Shown here in pieces: positions 12,960 to 26,130 of a stretch of 64,000 bases of DNA (position 1 is its first letter; each line of letters opens with the position of its first letter). This stretch comes from Chiloscyllium plagiosum (Eukaryota): the NCBI RefSeq assembly GCF_004010195.1, contig NC_057718.1:37614007-37678006 (forward strand). Reading direction: 5' to 3'. Made by a program: the position numbers and the translations under genes. The notes under the pieces were generated by a model. It was not told where the DNA came from. It ran no database searches and worked only from the letters and a program-made list of their open reading frames with translations.

Positions 12960-14340
12960 CCGGAACTGGCCATCCATTAAGTCCTGTCTGGTTTGCAGTG
13001 CCTGAGGTTGAACAGATCATCATGTTCAATGCATTCATCCTCATCCTCCTCCTGAAAAGACTGCTCTGACTCTCCCAGCTCCTCAGCATCCATTCCATCC
13101 TCTTGTTTCCTGCTCCAGTTTAACAGAGCACAGCACACTAGAGGACGTGGCACCCTCTGTCCACAGCACACTGCAAGGCCACACCTGATCTGTCTAAACA
13201 ATGAAACCTCAACTGCAGGAGGCCTACCATCTGGTCTGTCATGATCCTGGTCAATGAATGGACTGCATTGTATCTGCAATGCTCTGCTTCAGTCAGGGGG
13301 TTATGCAATGGAAACACCTTGACCTGTCCTACCTGCCAATCTTCCTTCCCACCTATCCGCTCCACTCTCCTCTATGACCTATCACCTTCACCCCCCCACC
13401 TTAATCTACCTATTGCACTCCTAGTTACCTTGCCCCCAGCCCCTCCCGTTCATCTCTTAGCCCCCTTGGACCACCCCGTCATTCCTGATAAAGGACTTCT
13501 GCTCGAAACATCCACTCTCCTGCTCCTCGAATGCTGCCTGACTGGCTGTGTTTTTCCAGCGCCACTTCAGCTCTGATCTCCAGCATCTGCAGTCGTCACT
13601 TTCTCCTAATGGAGTCATCAGCCAGGCTTGCATTGAGAAGCCTTTGTCTCTAAGTAATCATCCAGTAAGGCATCTGAACCATCATACACAGCAGGAGCAG
13701 GAGCGTTAGGAACCATGACAGCTCCTAAATGCTGAGCACAAACCTATAAGGTACTGATGATGACAAAACACATACAATTTGAGGAATGGAGCCCTTTTTG
13801 AAAGATGAACTTGGACGTGTTATGGTATGGTGCTCCCAGTGCGATGTGTATATACCCTGTCATACTCTGCCCCTGGGGGATGCCAGCTATGTTCAGAATC
13901 CCACTGCGTGGATTACAGGTCTAACCTAATTGTGGAGAATTGAGATGAATCAGTGTAGGCTGGCACAACTTGCAGCCATCGCAGTAGCGATACATTTGTG
14001 GATAGACGATTGTGAGTTTCCTTAGAGCTTCCCAGTGGCTCCTTAGAAGTAACCTGTTGCATAAAAGCTAAATGTGGCTGTCAACTTGATAACCACTGGG
14101 GAAGGATGGCCACCATCTCTTTCAGTTCTGTCTAAGTGTCCCTGTGCTGAAACCCCATGCTGAAACCTCCCCTTGCTCATCTGGTGGAAATGGCATTGAG
14201 GATGACAGAGTCTAGTCCTCCTGTACCTCAAGCACCCACTGAGGGCACCCGTTCATGCGTACGCTGCACAGTATTTGCTGGAGGCTGCTGCTGCACAGGG
14301 TTTGCTCATCTGTTCCTCCTCAGTTTCGCAGTGCCTTGAG
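12960..14340 (-). mobile_element. Decayed PIF/Harbinger transposase (DDE_Tnp_4, HARBI1-like) remnant
   Basis: Collinear minus-strand peptides GHPSPVVIKLTATFSFYATG; G*LLRDKGFSMQAWLMTP; LHNPLTEAEHCRYNAVHSLTR...GLLQLRFHCLDRSGVALQ; VCCALLN; then an acidic tail. Contains stops and frameshifts. Confidence 0.8.
13313..13607 (+). mobile_element. PLE family A 3' fragment nested in the Harbinger remnant
   Basis: Family A terminus; splits WLMTP/LHNP; aatgga duplicated at 13307-13312 and 13608-13613. Confidence 0.8.
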
Positions 14341-14780
14341 TAATAATGGGCAAAGTTGCCACCAGGATACACAAACACCAACTGGTCACTAAAAGACACG
14401 ACCCATATCACTCGTTTCTAGACATACAAACAAAGAAGGACACCACTTTGACTGGGACAACACACACATCCCAGGACAGGCGAAACAAAGACACGCATGA
14501 GAATTCTCTGGCATTCTAACCAGAACTCCATAAGTACACACATTGACTTAGACTCTATCTACCTTCCCTTGAAAAAAAACCCAGAAGTGACAGCACCCTC
14601 CTTAAGAAACCAAGACCTATAAATAGAGAGGTGGGACATACCACCAACACTTCACCAGAGACTCTCACTGATGATGTTACCTAGTCACGGCGACGAAACA
14701 TCTGAAAACAAAGCTTCAAGCTCAGCGAGCTAACTTACAGACTTATCATCAACCTGAGCTACAAATCCACTCGAAAATCA
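14340..14780 (+). mobile_element. PLE family C (probably Poseidon-like) GIY-YIG C-terminus and terminal repeat
   Basis: Peptides KVATRIH...KEGHHFDWDNTHIPGQAKQRHA; homologous to 47785-48190. Confidence 0.75.
14665..14705 (+). ncRNA. Minimal hammerhead-ribozyme-like core (PLE family C)
   Basis: tca-CTGATGA-T-GTTACC(tagtcac)GGCGAC-GAAAC-ATC-tga: 3-bp stem I, imperfect stem II, NUH triplet. Confidence 0.65.
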
Positions 14781-15239
14781 ATAATAACCCCTCCTGTGGG
14801 TGGATCCATGAGTCACAGTTATAATGACTCTGTGTCAGGAGTAACCTGTGTGAGCAGGAGAAACAGAAGATGTCCTTAACAATGTGAGCAGTCAGCATTC
14901 ACATCATGTACAATGGAGAGCTTTACATATTCCTTCATGTGGCCGGACATGGAATATTCTGACTCATGTTGACTCATCTTGGCACTTTGACTTTAGATTT
15001 TATTCCAACTAATGCATCATCTGTTGCAAATACATACTAGAAGATCAAAACTGCTGTATGAGCACTGAACCCTCCAGCTCCAAACCCCACATCTCTCACG
15101 AAAGACATCATTGCAAATAAGAGAGTCTGACGATATATGTATAGGTAAGGTTGTGCACCCTAGGGTGGCTTACATTCATTGTGTGCATAGTGGCCCTCAA
15201 GTGCCCCTTTTAGGGTTGCCTTTGATTATGTCATAGAAT

Positions 15240-15520
15240 GTCTATCTTCTTGCATCTAGAAAGATAAGGCCAGCAAATACATGGGAACACCACCACCTGC
15301 CAAGTCACTCATCAACCTAGCTTGGAAATATATCACTGTGCCTTCACTGTCGCTGGGTCAAAATTCTAGAATTCCCTCCCTAATGGCATTGTGAATCAAC
15401 CCACAGCAGGTGGATGCAGCGGTTCAAGAAGGCAGCTCACCACCTCCTTCTCAAGGGCAACTAGGGATGGGCAATAAATGCTGCAAGTCAGCCCATGTCA
15501 ACAATGAACAAACAAAAGAA
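15240..15520 (+). mobile_element. LINE 3' tail (CR1/L2 group) whose end is shared with the SINEs at 45493, 57435 and 61100
   Basis: ggttcaagaaggcagctcaccacctccttctcaagggcaactagggatgggcaataaatgctg followed by an A-rich end. Confidence 0.65.
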
Positions 15521-17399
15521 TGACATGGTGAAGATAGCCTGTGTCCTTGTATTTGTACCTCTCATGGTTGTGTACGACATGCATTTCACACGTCTGATGC
15601 TATGATTGCAAATTATTTTAACTTGCATTGTAGATGCATGGTTGATGCAAGTACTGATTGAAGACCTCCCATCATGCAGATGTGAATCCATTAAACAGAC
15701 TTTCTGTGCTTTGTAACTCTATGACTCTATGACTATGCCTTCACCCATTCTGGACATGGTGGAGCGCTCGATCTATATTTGTAGGTTGTGGTAACCACCT
15801 ATCACTGCCCCCTCTGCAGTACCCCATGACCTCCTATACAATACCACCTCTACCCCACCTCCTATTATCTCTTAGACAAACCCCACTTTCATCCATGCCC
15901 TCTATATCTGAGATGGCATTGTCCCCAGCATTGAGATTCCCCCCTTCCTACCACAACAGTGTTCTCTGATTTCTACCCATGACATTCATTCCAGTAACCG
16001 TCAGGACAGACTGCGTCTATCCCTAGATCAACTTGGACAAACAGAGCCGAGTAATGATTGACCAGATACCTGACCACTCTCTGTAAAGCTCCCCAACTGA
16101 CAATCCACAAATCCCCAGACTGTTTGCACTGAACCTGCAGGACTGACCTTGGCCCACTTCCTGGACTGTAGTGAAACAGATTTCCTGACTCTGAGCACAC
16201 CAAACTTATGACTGACCATTTCCAAACTATTGGACTGAGACTGGGCACTACTCTTAACTGATGGTACTGGCACCCAACTGTCAGAAACCCCTCCCTCCCT
16301 CCCTGCCTTGACTTAATCGAGGACTACTCCCCTGTGATTTTGATTCCTGGCCATTTGGTTAATGCCCAATGAAGTGCATTTGCCACACAGGCTGCTGGAA
16401 TATGTCATATTAACGAGACAAGATTAGGTAACAATGAGAGTGACAGTGAACGATAATCCCAATTAGTCAGCTTTTCACTGCTCACTAGTGAGAATCTCAT
16501 TTCAACATCCTGAACTAAGTTAGAAAATGTGACTTGTTGCTCCAGATATCGCGAAAGTCTCTCCACTTTCCCACCAGAACCAACATCTTCCAAGGTCTGA
16601 GCAGACTACACACCATATATTCAAGCAGAAATCATAGCATATAAATTCTCACAATGTTAGAATGACGTATCACAGAAACAATGGCTCAAGCTTTACGGTA
16701 TTTTGTACTTTTGGGTATCTATTCTCGTTCTTATTGAGTTGAAGGACAGCGTCACTGGGAATGAAGTATTTTACAGCTTTGGTTTGAATATCAGAATTAA
16801 GTGCCTGGGTAAATTACAACATCAGTTAAGAAGCTCCTGCATTCCTCCTTCCCATTTCCACATTTGCTAGTCTTTCAAATGTTGCTCTGTTATTATCTCG
16901 TGTTTAATGCCAATTGCATGTCATCACATTTTAATGTACCAACTTACAAGAAATCAGCGTCTCTGTAGTTCCTGAAGTCAGATTCTCAAAGCAAGAGCAT
17001 CTCTGCATGTTGATTTGGGTTGGCTTCAATCTGGCAGTTGCAGCAAATGCAATGCAATCTCATAGACCATGCATTCCACCATCCGAACTGTTTGGCTTGC
17101 ATTGGTAATTTAGGTTAACCATACATAGAGCTGGTGAACGTTTGGGCATTTTTCTGTAATCAGAAAAATTGTTTTGTTTTTGCTAAGTACCACTTCAAGC
17201 TTAGCTGTGCATCATATTTAAGAGAAAACCATTGCACTTTTGATCAGGTATGAAATAGGATCTGAAAACGAAAGCACACTTCTTAATGTTAGTGTTGGAA
17301 TGATAACAGACTGTGGACAGATTTGTGCTGTTCAGTAAATCGTACAATGTTAAGGTTACAGTAAGTTAAAATTACCATAAGGAACGTAGCATAAACATG

Positions 17400-19805
17400 T
17401 CCATTGAGGCATGGCAGGGTAGCTCAACTAATTGGAATATATATCCTGCAGAATGGGGGAGATTGTAGTCATGTCTTATGACCTGGACCAGCCTGTGTGC
17501 AGCAAGTGTCTCTGGTTGCACAAGCTTGAGCTCCATGTTTCAGAGTTTGAGGAATGGCTAGAAACACCAAAGTACATTCACAAAGAGAGTGATATGAACA
17601 GGATGGTGGTCACACTGAAAGTTAGAGTCGAGCAGGCAGTTGGGGAATGGATGACCACCAGGAAGTCCAAAGTTAACAGGCAGGCAAGAAAAACCAACTC
17701 TGTGACACCATGGGTGAACGTGATGTACAGGAGGGTAGGGAGAAGGCCAGTACTGACAGGGGATCCCTTTAGTTACAACAGAGAGGTGCTCCTGCATGCT
17801 TTAACATGACTTCAGGGTGGCTTGTCAGCTCCCTGGTGTGAGGGTCAGACATGTCACCAAATGGCTGCAGGGTATCCTCCTGAGGAGGGCAAACAGCCAG
17901 AAGTTACATTCCACATTAATGTTAACGACCCAGATGGGAAAGAGCATGTAATTGGAATTTATGTCGTTAGGTAGAAAATCAACAAGCTGAAGTTTTAAAA
18001 TTGTAACCTGTGGATTACTCCCAGTGAGTACAGAAATACAAATGTAAAGCAGATGAATCTATGGCTGGAAAGGTGGTATAGGAGGGAGGGCTTTAAAACC
18101 CTGGGGCACAGGGGCTGACTCAGGGGAGATGATACCAGATAGGTTGCTCTGAACAGGGCTGGGACTAAGTTCCTTGCTGGGCATTTTGCTGGTGGTATTG
18201 TGGAGAGTGGTGATGGGAAACGTGAAATAGTATTAGAAAGTAATACCAGGATGCATGAAACCAGGGAGAAGCAGGTTACATTAAAATAGAGAATAGTTCG
18301 TTAATACATGGAGTTGGAGAGAAAGAGAAAGCAATGAAGTGCAAGTCAGGGTTACATTGCATGTCTGTGAATGCATGGAAAACAGTTAATAAGACTGGGA
18401 GTTAAGGGCACAGAATGTCTTGTGAAATTATGATGTTATGGTGATAATAGAGTGCTGGCTTAATGGATGCACATTTGGATTTTAAATATTCCTGGGTATA
18501 AGGTGCTCACAAAAGATAGGGAAAAACAGTGGAGGGTGACTTTTTTGGTTAAGCGAGAATTGTAGTAGAGGTAAATTGCAAGTTCGACAGGGGTTTACAT
18601 TTCTATGCTTTGTAGCTAAAAACTAAGGAATATAAAGGTTGCAATCACAATATATTGCTTGGTTTAATATACAAACCACCAAATATTGGGAAGGGTGTAG
18701 AAGAAAACCTGAAAGGATATTGCATATAGGGTATAAACATCATCGAGTAGACATAACAGGGGACGAGAATTACCCATGTATCACCTGGGAGAATGGTATC
18801 TTAAAGGGCAAGCATTCCTAGATTGTGTTTGGGGGACTTTTCCACAGCAGTTTGTGTCCAATCCAACAAGAAAGGAAGCACTGCTGGACCTGGTTCTTGG
18901 CAATAAGGTTGGCCAAGTAGGTCAGTGACAGTGGGAGAGCAATTGGGGGACAGTGATCATTGCATCATAAAATTTAGGATAACAGTAGAAAATGACATTG
19001 ATCAATCCAGAGGAATAACCATAGAGACTGGACAAGAGTGTATCTAACAAACTTCAAAAAGAATTTGCAGTGTTAGTGGAGTGGGCAGATGAAATTCATG
19101 CCTTGCAGTTGGGGTGACGTACTTTGGTACACAATGTGGAGACACATCGTAAAACAAAGGGTACTATTCAAAAGGATTTGCAGAAAAGAGAGACGTTTGT
19201 GTATATGTGAAAGGAGAGATCATGGGAACTATGAATAAAGCATTCATTATTGGAGGCTTCATAAATAGGGACATGAGTATAGGAGCAGGGAGATTATGAT
19301 TAACTGACATAAGACACTGGTTGGACCTCAGCTGCAGTACTCTGGGGACTAGACTATTGGAAGGATGTGAATGCATTAAAATGAGTACAGAAGAAGGTTA
19401 CAATAATGGCTCCATGAATGAAATCTTCATTGATGAGGATAGATTGGAAGATTTGGGACAGTTTCCCTTGAAGAGAAAAAGGCAAATGTCAAAATTATGA
19501 GAGGTCTGGACAGAGTGATAGGGAGAAATTGTTTCCATTTGCAAACAGATGGATAATGAAAACCACGGTTTTAATTGTTTTGCAAAAGAAGCAAATTCAG
19601 AATGACAAAGCACAATGAGTAGTTGCCTGGAAGTGTGGCAGAGTTAGGTTCAACTGAGGAATTCACAAGTAAATTGAATGAATAGTTAAATGGAAATCAA
19701 GTACATGGTTACAGAATAAATGCAGGAGATTGTCAGAGTTATAACGTTCAGCTGGTGGTCACACGATAGACTGAATGGCCTTGTTCTGTGCCATAACAAT
19801 TCTGC
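17400..19805 (+). mobile_element. Old, internally deleted CR1 LINE (ORF1 zinc finger and esterase, EN and ORF2 C-terminal remnants)
   Basis: ORF1-like SCRMGE...VCSKCLWLHKLELHVSEFEEWLE; EN motif ALLDLVLGN near 18880; CR1 tail near 19770-19805. Confidence 0.75.
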
Positions 19806-19879
19806 TACAGAAATACCAAACCAAGTCATTGACTTGGACACAAACCTAAAGCAGCAGAACTGAGCAGAAAGTTGTTAAA

Positions 19880-20334
19880 GCTGAAAAATGTGTTGCTGGA
19901 AAAGCGCAGCAGGTCAGGCAGCATCCAAAGAGCAGGAGAATCGACGTTTTGGGCATAAGCCCTTCTTCAGAAAAGAGGAGGGTGTGCCAAGCAGGCTAAG
20001 ATAAAAGGTAGGGAAAAGGGACTTGGGGGAGGGGCGTTGGGAATGCGATAGGTGGAAGGCGGTTAAGGTGAGGGCGATAGGCCGGAGAGGGGGTGTGGGG
20101 CTGGAGAGGTCGGGAAGAAGATTGCAGGTCAAGAAGGCGGTGCTGAGTCCGAGGGTTGGGACACTCCCTCCACGACTCCCTCGTCAGGTCCACACCCCCC
20201 ACCATTCCTGAAGAAGGGCTTATGCCCGAAACATCGATTCTCCTGCTCCTTGGATCCTGCCTGACATGCTGCGCTTTTCCAGCAACACATTTTTCAGCTC
20301 TGATCTCCAGCATCTGCAGTCCTCACTTTCTCCT
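19880..20334. mobile_element. PLE family A inverted-terminus insertion with about 14-bp TSD
   Basis: Minus-orientation arm about 280 bp and plus-orientation arm about 175 bp; aga[a/c]agttgttaaa at 19866-19879 and 20335-20348. Confidence 0.85.
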
Positions 20335-21276
20335 AGACAGTTGTTAAACCCAATATCAACAGGAGTTGAGTAATACGGGACTAGTTGTCCCGAACAGCAG
20401 CAATTGAGTTAATAGGAAGTTACTGGTAGCTTGGTCTACATCAGACTGAAACAATGGAGAGCTTTCTGAACATGTACTGTCAATAGAGTTTCTGGCCCAC
20501 TGCCAGCAAATATTGGAAAATTCAAGGCTCAACAATTTCAATGCCTAAGGGAAATTTGAGGCTTCCAGCTGCTCGAGCATCCTCAAAAACGTACCCCCGA
20601 TGATCATATTTCAAGGCAAAGACCCCTGACCTATATGGAGCCTTGCTTTATTTCAGCCTCCTTCGGTGTTTCGATCCCCATACAAGAATACAGCAATTGA
20701 TCCTGTAAGGTGTACATATTTTTGTTTCTTTTCCTGAACATCAAATATAGTTATTCCATTTTGATTTCTTTGTCCATTATTGTCATGCATTCAATTTTTT
20801 TTGTTATCGTTTAAAGATACATTGTGAGAGTAAATTGCAGGTCATCAATAACATCTACTATTCAAGTTGAACAACTAAATGAAAGGATTGATTAACTGAC
20901 ATAAGACACTGGTTGGATATGATAATATAATGATTGAGGTCCTACAATATAATTTGTATTTGTTTCTATATTTTGTTACAATTATGATGGAAGGAGTGCA
21001 CTGGTAATCAAGCTTTACAGCCATGCCAAGAGTGGAAATAGAGTCAGAGAGTCACAGAGATGTACAGACCCTTCAGTCCAACTCGTCCATGCCGATCAGA
21101 TATCCTAACCCAATCTAGTCCCACCTGCCAGCACTCACCCCAAATCCCTCTAAACCCTTCCTATTCATATACCCATCCAGATGCCTTATAAATATCGCAA
21201 TTGTACCCGCCTTCACCACTTCCGCTGGCAGCTCATTCCATATACATAAATTAAACTCCACCTGCCACTTCTCAGC

Positions 21277-21903
21277 TCATTGGCCCATCTGATCAAGATT
21301 CCCTTGAAATTGGAGGTAACCTTCTTTGCTGTCCACTACACCTCCAATTTTAGTGTCATCTGAAAACTTACTAACTATACCTCTTGTGCTCACATCCAAA
21401 TCATTTATATAAATGATGAAAAGTAGTGGACCCAGCACCGATCCTTGTGGCACTCCATTGGTCACAGGCCTCCATTCTGAAAAACAACCCTCCACCATCA
21501 CCCTCTGTGTTCTACCTTTGAGCCAGTTCTCTATCCAAATGGCTAGTTCTCCCTGTATTTCATGACATCTAACCAAGCTAACCAGTTTCCCATGGGGAAC
21601 CTTGTCAAATGTCTTACTGAAGTCCATATAGATCATGTCCACCACTCTGCCCTCATCAATCTTCTTTCTTACTTCTTCAAAAAACTCAATCAAGTTTGTG
21701 AGACATGGTTTCCCATGCACATAGCCATGTTGATTTTCCCATATCAGTCCTTGCCTTTCCAAATACATGGACATCCTGTCCCTCAGGATTTGTTCCAACA
21801 ACTTGCCCACCACCAACATCAGGCTCATTGGTCTATAGTTTCCTGGCTTACCACCCATCTTAAACAGTGGCACCACATTAGCCAACCTCCAGTCTTCCGG
21901 CAC
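21277..21903 (-). pseudogene. CR1 ORF2 reverse-transcriptase domain fragment
   Basis: 208-aa ORF with non-LTR RT motifs, including F[S]DD. Confidence 0.9.
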
Positions 21904-22070
21904 CTCACTCTATTTGCCAAAGCTATCTCATGTCCCCTTTTTGCCCTCCTGATTTCCCTCTTAAGTATACTCATACTGCCTTTATACTCTTCTAAGGATT
22001 CATTCAATCTATCTTGTCTAGACCTGACATATGCTTCCTTCATTTTGTTAACCAAACCGTCAATTTCTGT

Positions 22071-22205
22071 CGGCGAAAGTGAGCACTACAGATGCTGGAG
22101 ATTAGAGTCAAGATTAGAGTGGTGCTAGAAAAGCAAAGCAGGTCAGGCAGCATCTGAGAAGCAGGAAAACTTTTCAGGCAGGAGCCCTTCATCAGGAATG
22201 TCTTC
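22071..22205 (-). mobile_element. Single-arm PLE terminus inserted in CR1 ORF2
   Basis: Family A terminus; tcaatttct at 22060-22068 and 22206-22214. Confidence 0.75.
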
Positions 22206-24799
22206 TCAATTTCTTTAGTTATCCAGCATCCCCTTCACCTTCCAGCCTTCCCTTTCACCTTGATAGGAATACTTTCTCTGGATTCTCGTTATCTCATTTC
22301 TGAAGGCTTCCCATTTTCCAGCCATGCCTTTACCTGCGAAAATCTGCCCCCAATTAAATTGTGAAAGTTCTTTCCTAAAACTGTCAAAATTTGCCTTTCT
22401 CCAATTTAGAACTTCAACTTTTAGATCTGGTCTAGCCTTTTTCATCACTATTTTAAAACGAACAGAATTATGGTCGCTGGCTCCAAAATGCTCCCCCACT
22501 GACACCTCAGTCACCTGCCCTGCCTTATTTCCCAAGAGTAGGTCAAGTTTTGCATCTTCTCTAGTAGGTACATTCACATCCTGAATCAGAAAATTTTCTT
22601 GTACACACTTAACAAATTCCTTTCCATCCAAACCCTTAACATTAAGGCAGTCCCAGTCTATGTTTGGAAAGTTAAAATCCCTGACCATAACCACCCTATT
22701 ATTCTTACAGATAACTGAGATCTCCTTACAAATGTGTTTCTCAATTTCCCTCTGACTATTAGGTATCCATAATAAAATTCCAATAAGGTGATCATCCCTT
22801 TGTTATTTCTCAGTTCCACCTAAATAACTTTTCTGGATGTATTTCCAGGATTATCCTCCCTCAGTACAGCTGTAATGCTATCCCTTATCAAAAACTCCAC
22901 TCCCCCTCCTCACTTGCCTCCCTTCTTTCCTTCCTGTAGCATTTGTGTCCTGGAACATTAAGCAGCCAGTCCTGCCCATCCTGAGCTACATTTCTGTAAT
23001 TGCTGTGATATCCCAGTCCCATGTTCCTAACCATGCCCGGATTTAATCTGCCTTCCCTGTTAGATCTCTTGCATTGAAATTAATGCCGTTTAATTTATCA
23101 GTCCTACCTTTTTCTCTGCTTTGTCCCTGCCTGCCCTGACCCTTTGACTCACTTCTTTTATCAACTGTACCAGTCTCAGATTGATCTCTTTTCTCACAAT
23201 CTCCCTGGGTCCCAGCCCCCTCCCCCTCCCCCCACCTTACTAGTTTAAATCCTCCTGAGCAGCTCCACCCAATCTCCCTCCCAGTATATTTATCCCATTC
23301 CAATTCAGGTGCAATCTGTCCTTCTTGTACAGGTCACTTCTAACCCAGGAGAGATTCCAATGATCCAAAAATGTGAATCCTTCTGCCATACACCAGCTCC
23401 TCAGCCATGCATTCATCTGCTCTATCCTCTTATTCCTGCCCTCACTAGCTCGCAGCACCAGCAGTAATCTCAATATTACTACTCTCAATTATCTCCTTTT
23501 TAAATTCATGCCTATCTCTCTATATTCTCCCTTCAGAATCTCATCCTTTTCCCTTCCTATGTCATTGACCTCCTGCTGGTCTCTCCCCTGCTCGAGAACA
23601 TTCTTCACCCTCTGTGAAACATCTTTGACCCAGGCAACACACCATTCTGATTTTTTTGTCTGTGCCTCAGACCAGAGAGTCCCCTCACACAATTGATTTC
23701 TTGGAACCTGACGTACCCGTCATTGCATTGGAGCCAGTCTCAATACTAGAAACATGGCTGTTCGTGCTACATTCCCCTGACAATCCATCACCCTCTACAT
23801 TTTCCAAAACAGCAGACTTGTTTGAAATGGGGATAGCCACAGAAAAATTCTGCACTGCCTGCCTACCTCTCTTACCTTTCCTGGAGTTAACCCGCCTATG
23901 TGACTGTATCTGCGACTTTTCTCCCTTCCTATAACCGCCATCCATCACACCCCCTTGCTCTTGTAAATTCCTCATTTCCTCTAATTATCTTCCAACTGAT
24001 CCATTCAATCTGATGGGATTCATAACCAACAGGATTTATTGCAGATATAATCCTCAGTAACGCATAAGCTCTCCTGAAACTCCCACATTCAACGAGAAGA
24101 ACTTATCAATCTACTAAAGGCCATTTTTGCTTCGTTCAATGTGCAGACCCAGAAAATAGCACTGTCTTATTCCTCTACAAAACACTACTCATATACGCTT
24201 ATATTTTTCAGTTTAATCAAGAGACATATCTCAAAAGGACTTATAATCAAGAAAGAACCCACTCTATTCACTACTGCAGATTTACTGTAAGGTGACACTT
24301 AAAAATATCCACTTATCTGTTTCTGTGCTGTGACCTCTCCCAAACAGGTTCCTGCAAGATTAGTTGTGAATTTCACTGTTTATTAATTTTCCCAGACACA
24401 CTCTGATGTCCAGTGATACATGAATTCAAACAACAAAGGCAGCATCTGCGCAGGTTCCCTGCTGTGTCAGTTAGCAGTGTGGATTTCTTTCTCTCCTTCT
24501 CTCCTGCACTGACCTCACCATGTGGTGCCTTTGTCTGTTCCTCTCCCTTTTAAAAGTGCTGTTGTTTTGACTTTATTTTTCTCCAAATTTCCAAAACAAT
24601 GCAACAGCACATCAAACAGTGATTACTGCTCCTAGATTTCGAGGAAATCACCTCCAAAACCTAAAATACCTCAAGAAAAGAGCAACCTGTTACAGCCAGA
24701 AAATTTACTCGTCCTCCATCTCGGATTATCCAGAAAATTGCCCATTTGTTTCTCTATCGTACTATTGACCAGAATGAAAGAAATGTCCACTAGGCTTCA

Positions 24800-25340
24800 A
24801 TGATATTGAGAGCACGAGAAAACAGATTCTGCTGAAACAGGAGCTAAATTTAAAGGTTGAACCACCCTGGATTACTACTTGAGCCATGGGCAAACTGGCG
24901 CAGGGTGAATAAAGTCAAGGAGTCAAATGAGTTGTTGGAAGATTACTGTGGGAGGAATTGGTTTCAATTTGTGGGGCACTGGCACCAGTATTGAAATGGA
25001 AGGGAGTTGTTCCAGTGAGATAGGCTTCACTTAAACAGCGCTGGGATCAGTATCCTGGTCAACCAAATAATTAGAACTGTAGAAAGGATTTTGAGGTAAT
25101 TCAAGGGCCGAGAGTTTGTGAAAGAGAAAATGTAGACTTTTTGAGCAAGGGACATGGCAGCATTTCAAAGCAGCTGTTTGGATAATGATACCTAGAGTGA
25201 GACAGGAAGGGACAGAGTATACAAACATTGAAAAGTTGCAGTTAATATAGCAGCATAAAGGACAACAAAATACTAAAAAGGCAAAATCATTGACACTTTA
25301 CTTGAATGGGAGTAATATTCAGAACAAAATATGCAAGCTA
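24800..25340 (+). mobile_element. Decayed CR1 ORF1 end and ORF2 start
   Basis: Esterase-like GFNLWGTGT / DRLHLNSAG segment, then a YLNGSNIQNK EN start. Confidence 0.55.
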
Positions 25341-25908
25341 ACAGCTTAAATAAAAGCAAAACACACCACATGCAGAAAATCTGAACCAAACAGAAAAAGC
25401 TGGAGACACTCAGCTGGTCTGGTACAACTGTGGAGAGAGAAAAACACAGCTAACAATTCAGGTCCAATATGACTCCAGAAGTGAAAAGAGTTAGAAAATG
25501 GTGGGGTTTTTTTAACATTTTTGACAGGGACAGAGAAAGGACAAGGTGAGCAGATGGTGTAAAAGTCCAGTGTAAAAGACAGATGGGTTGCTAATTGGGG
25601 TGAAAGAGAAATAGAGATGTAAAGTGGATGTAAATTATGGTGTGGAGGAGTGAAAATCAGTCCTCTCAGCTGATAGCAAAATATACAGGACGCGACGAGC
25701 ACAAGGGGAAGTAGGGACAGAAAAGAATGTAAGAAAATAGAAGACAAACATTGTAAGGTTAGGCACTGAAGTTCTGAAATTCAATATTGAGTTCTCGAGG
25801 TTGGAAAGTGCTAGATTGGATAATGAGGTGTTCTTCCTGGAATTTGTGCTGTGCTTTGTTGGAACACTGAAAGCAGGCCATGATTGAAATGTTAGCATGA
25901 GAGCAAAA

Positions 25909-25926
25909 NNNNNNNNNNNNNNNNNN
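25909..25926. other. Assembly gap (18 N)
   Basis: Run of n. Confidence 1.
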
Positions 25927-25954
25927 AGATAACTGAAATGTGGAGTTCAAAGAT

Positions 25955-26130
25955 ATGCAAGTTAGGTGAAATAGCCATGCTAAATTGCCCTTATTGTTCA
26001 GGGATGTGTAGGTTAGCCATAGGAAATGCAGGGGTAGGGGGATAGGTCTGAATGAGATGATCTTCGGACACTGTGTGTTGTCGTGTTGGGCCAAATAGCC
26101 TGTTTCTGCACCACACAGATTCTCTTCTAT
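25955..26130 (+). mobile_element. HE1-type SINE 3' part
   Basis: aaagatatgcaagttaggtgaaatagccatgctaaattgccc...gggccaaatagcctgtttctgcac matches the 51110-51260 region. Confidence 0.7.

Larger units (their letters stand above)
21040..24730 (-). mobile_element. Near full-length, mutated CR1 (HER1-like) LINE with internal deletions
   Basis: ORF1 esterase pieces (FTFLDHWN...YKKDRLHLN), EN (DFNFPNIDW, LDLLLGN, SDHN) and RT (PEDWRLANVVPLFK...GVPQGSVLGPLLFIIYINDLD...KFSDDTK). Tail at about 21040-21245. Confidence 0.9.

Noticed and set aside
12960..14340. Domesticated HARBI1 host gene
   Set aside because: Contains stops, frameshifts and a nested insertion, so it is a transposon fossil.
16947..17153. 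Minus-strand exon with good-looking splice sites
   Set aside because: Stop codons in all three frames.
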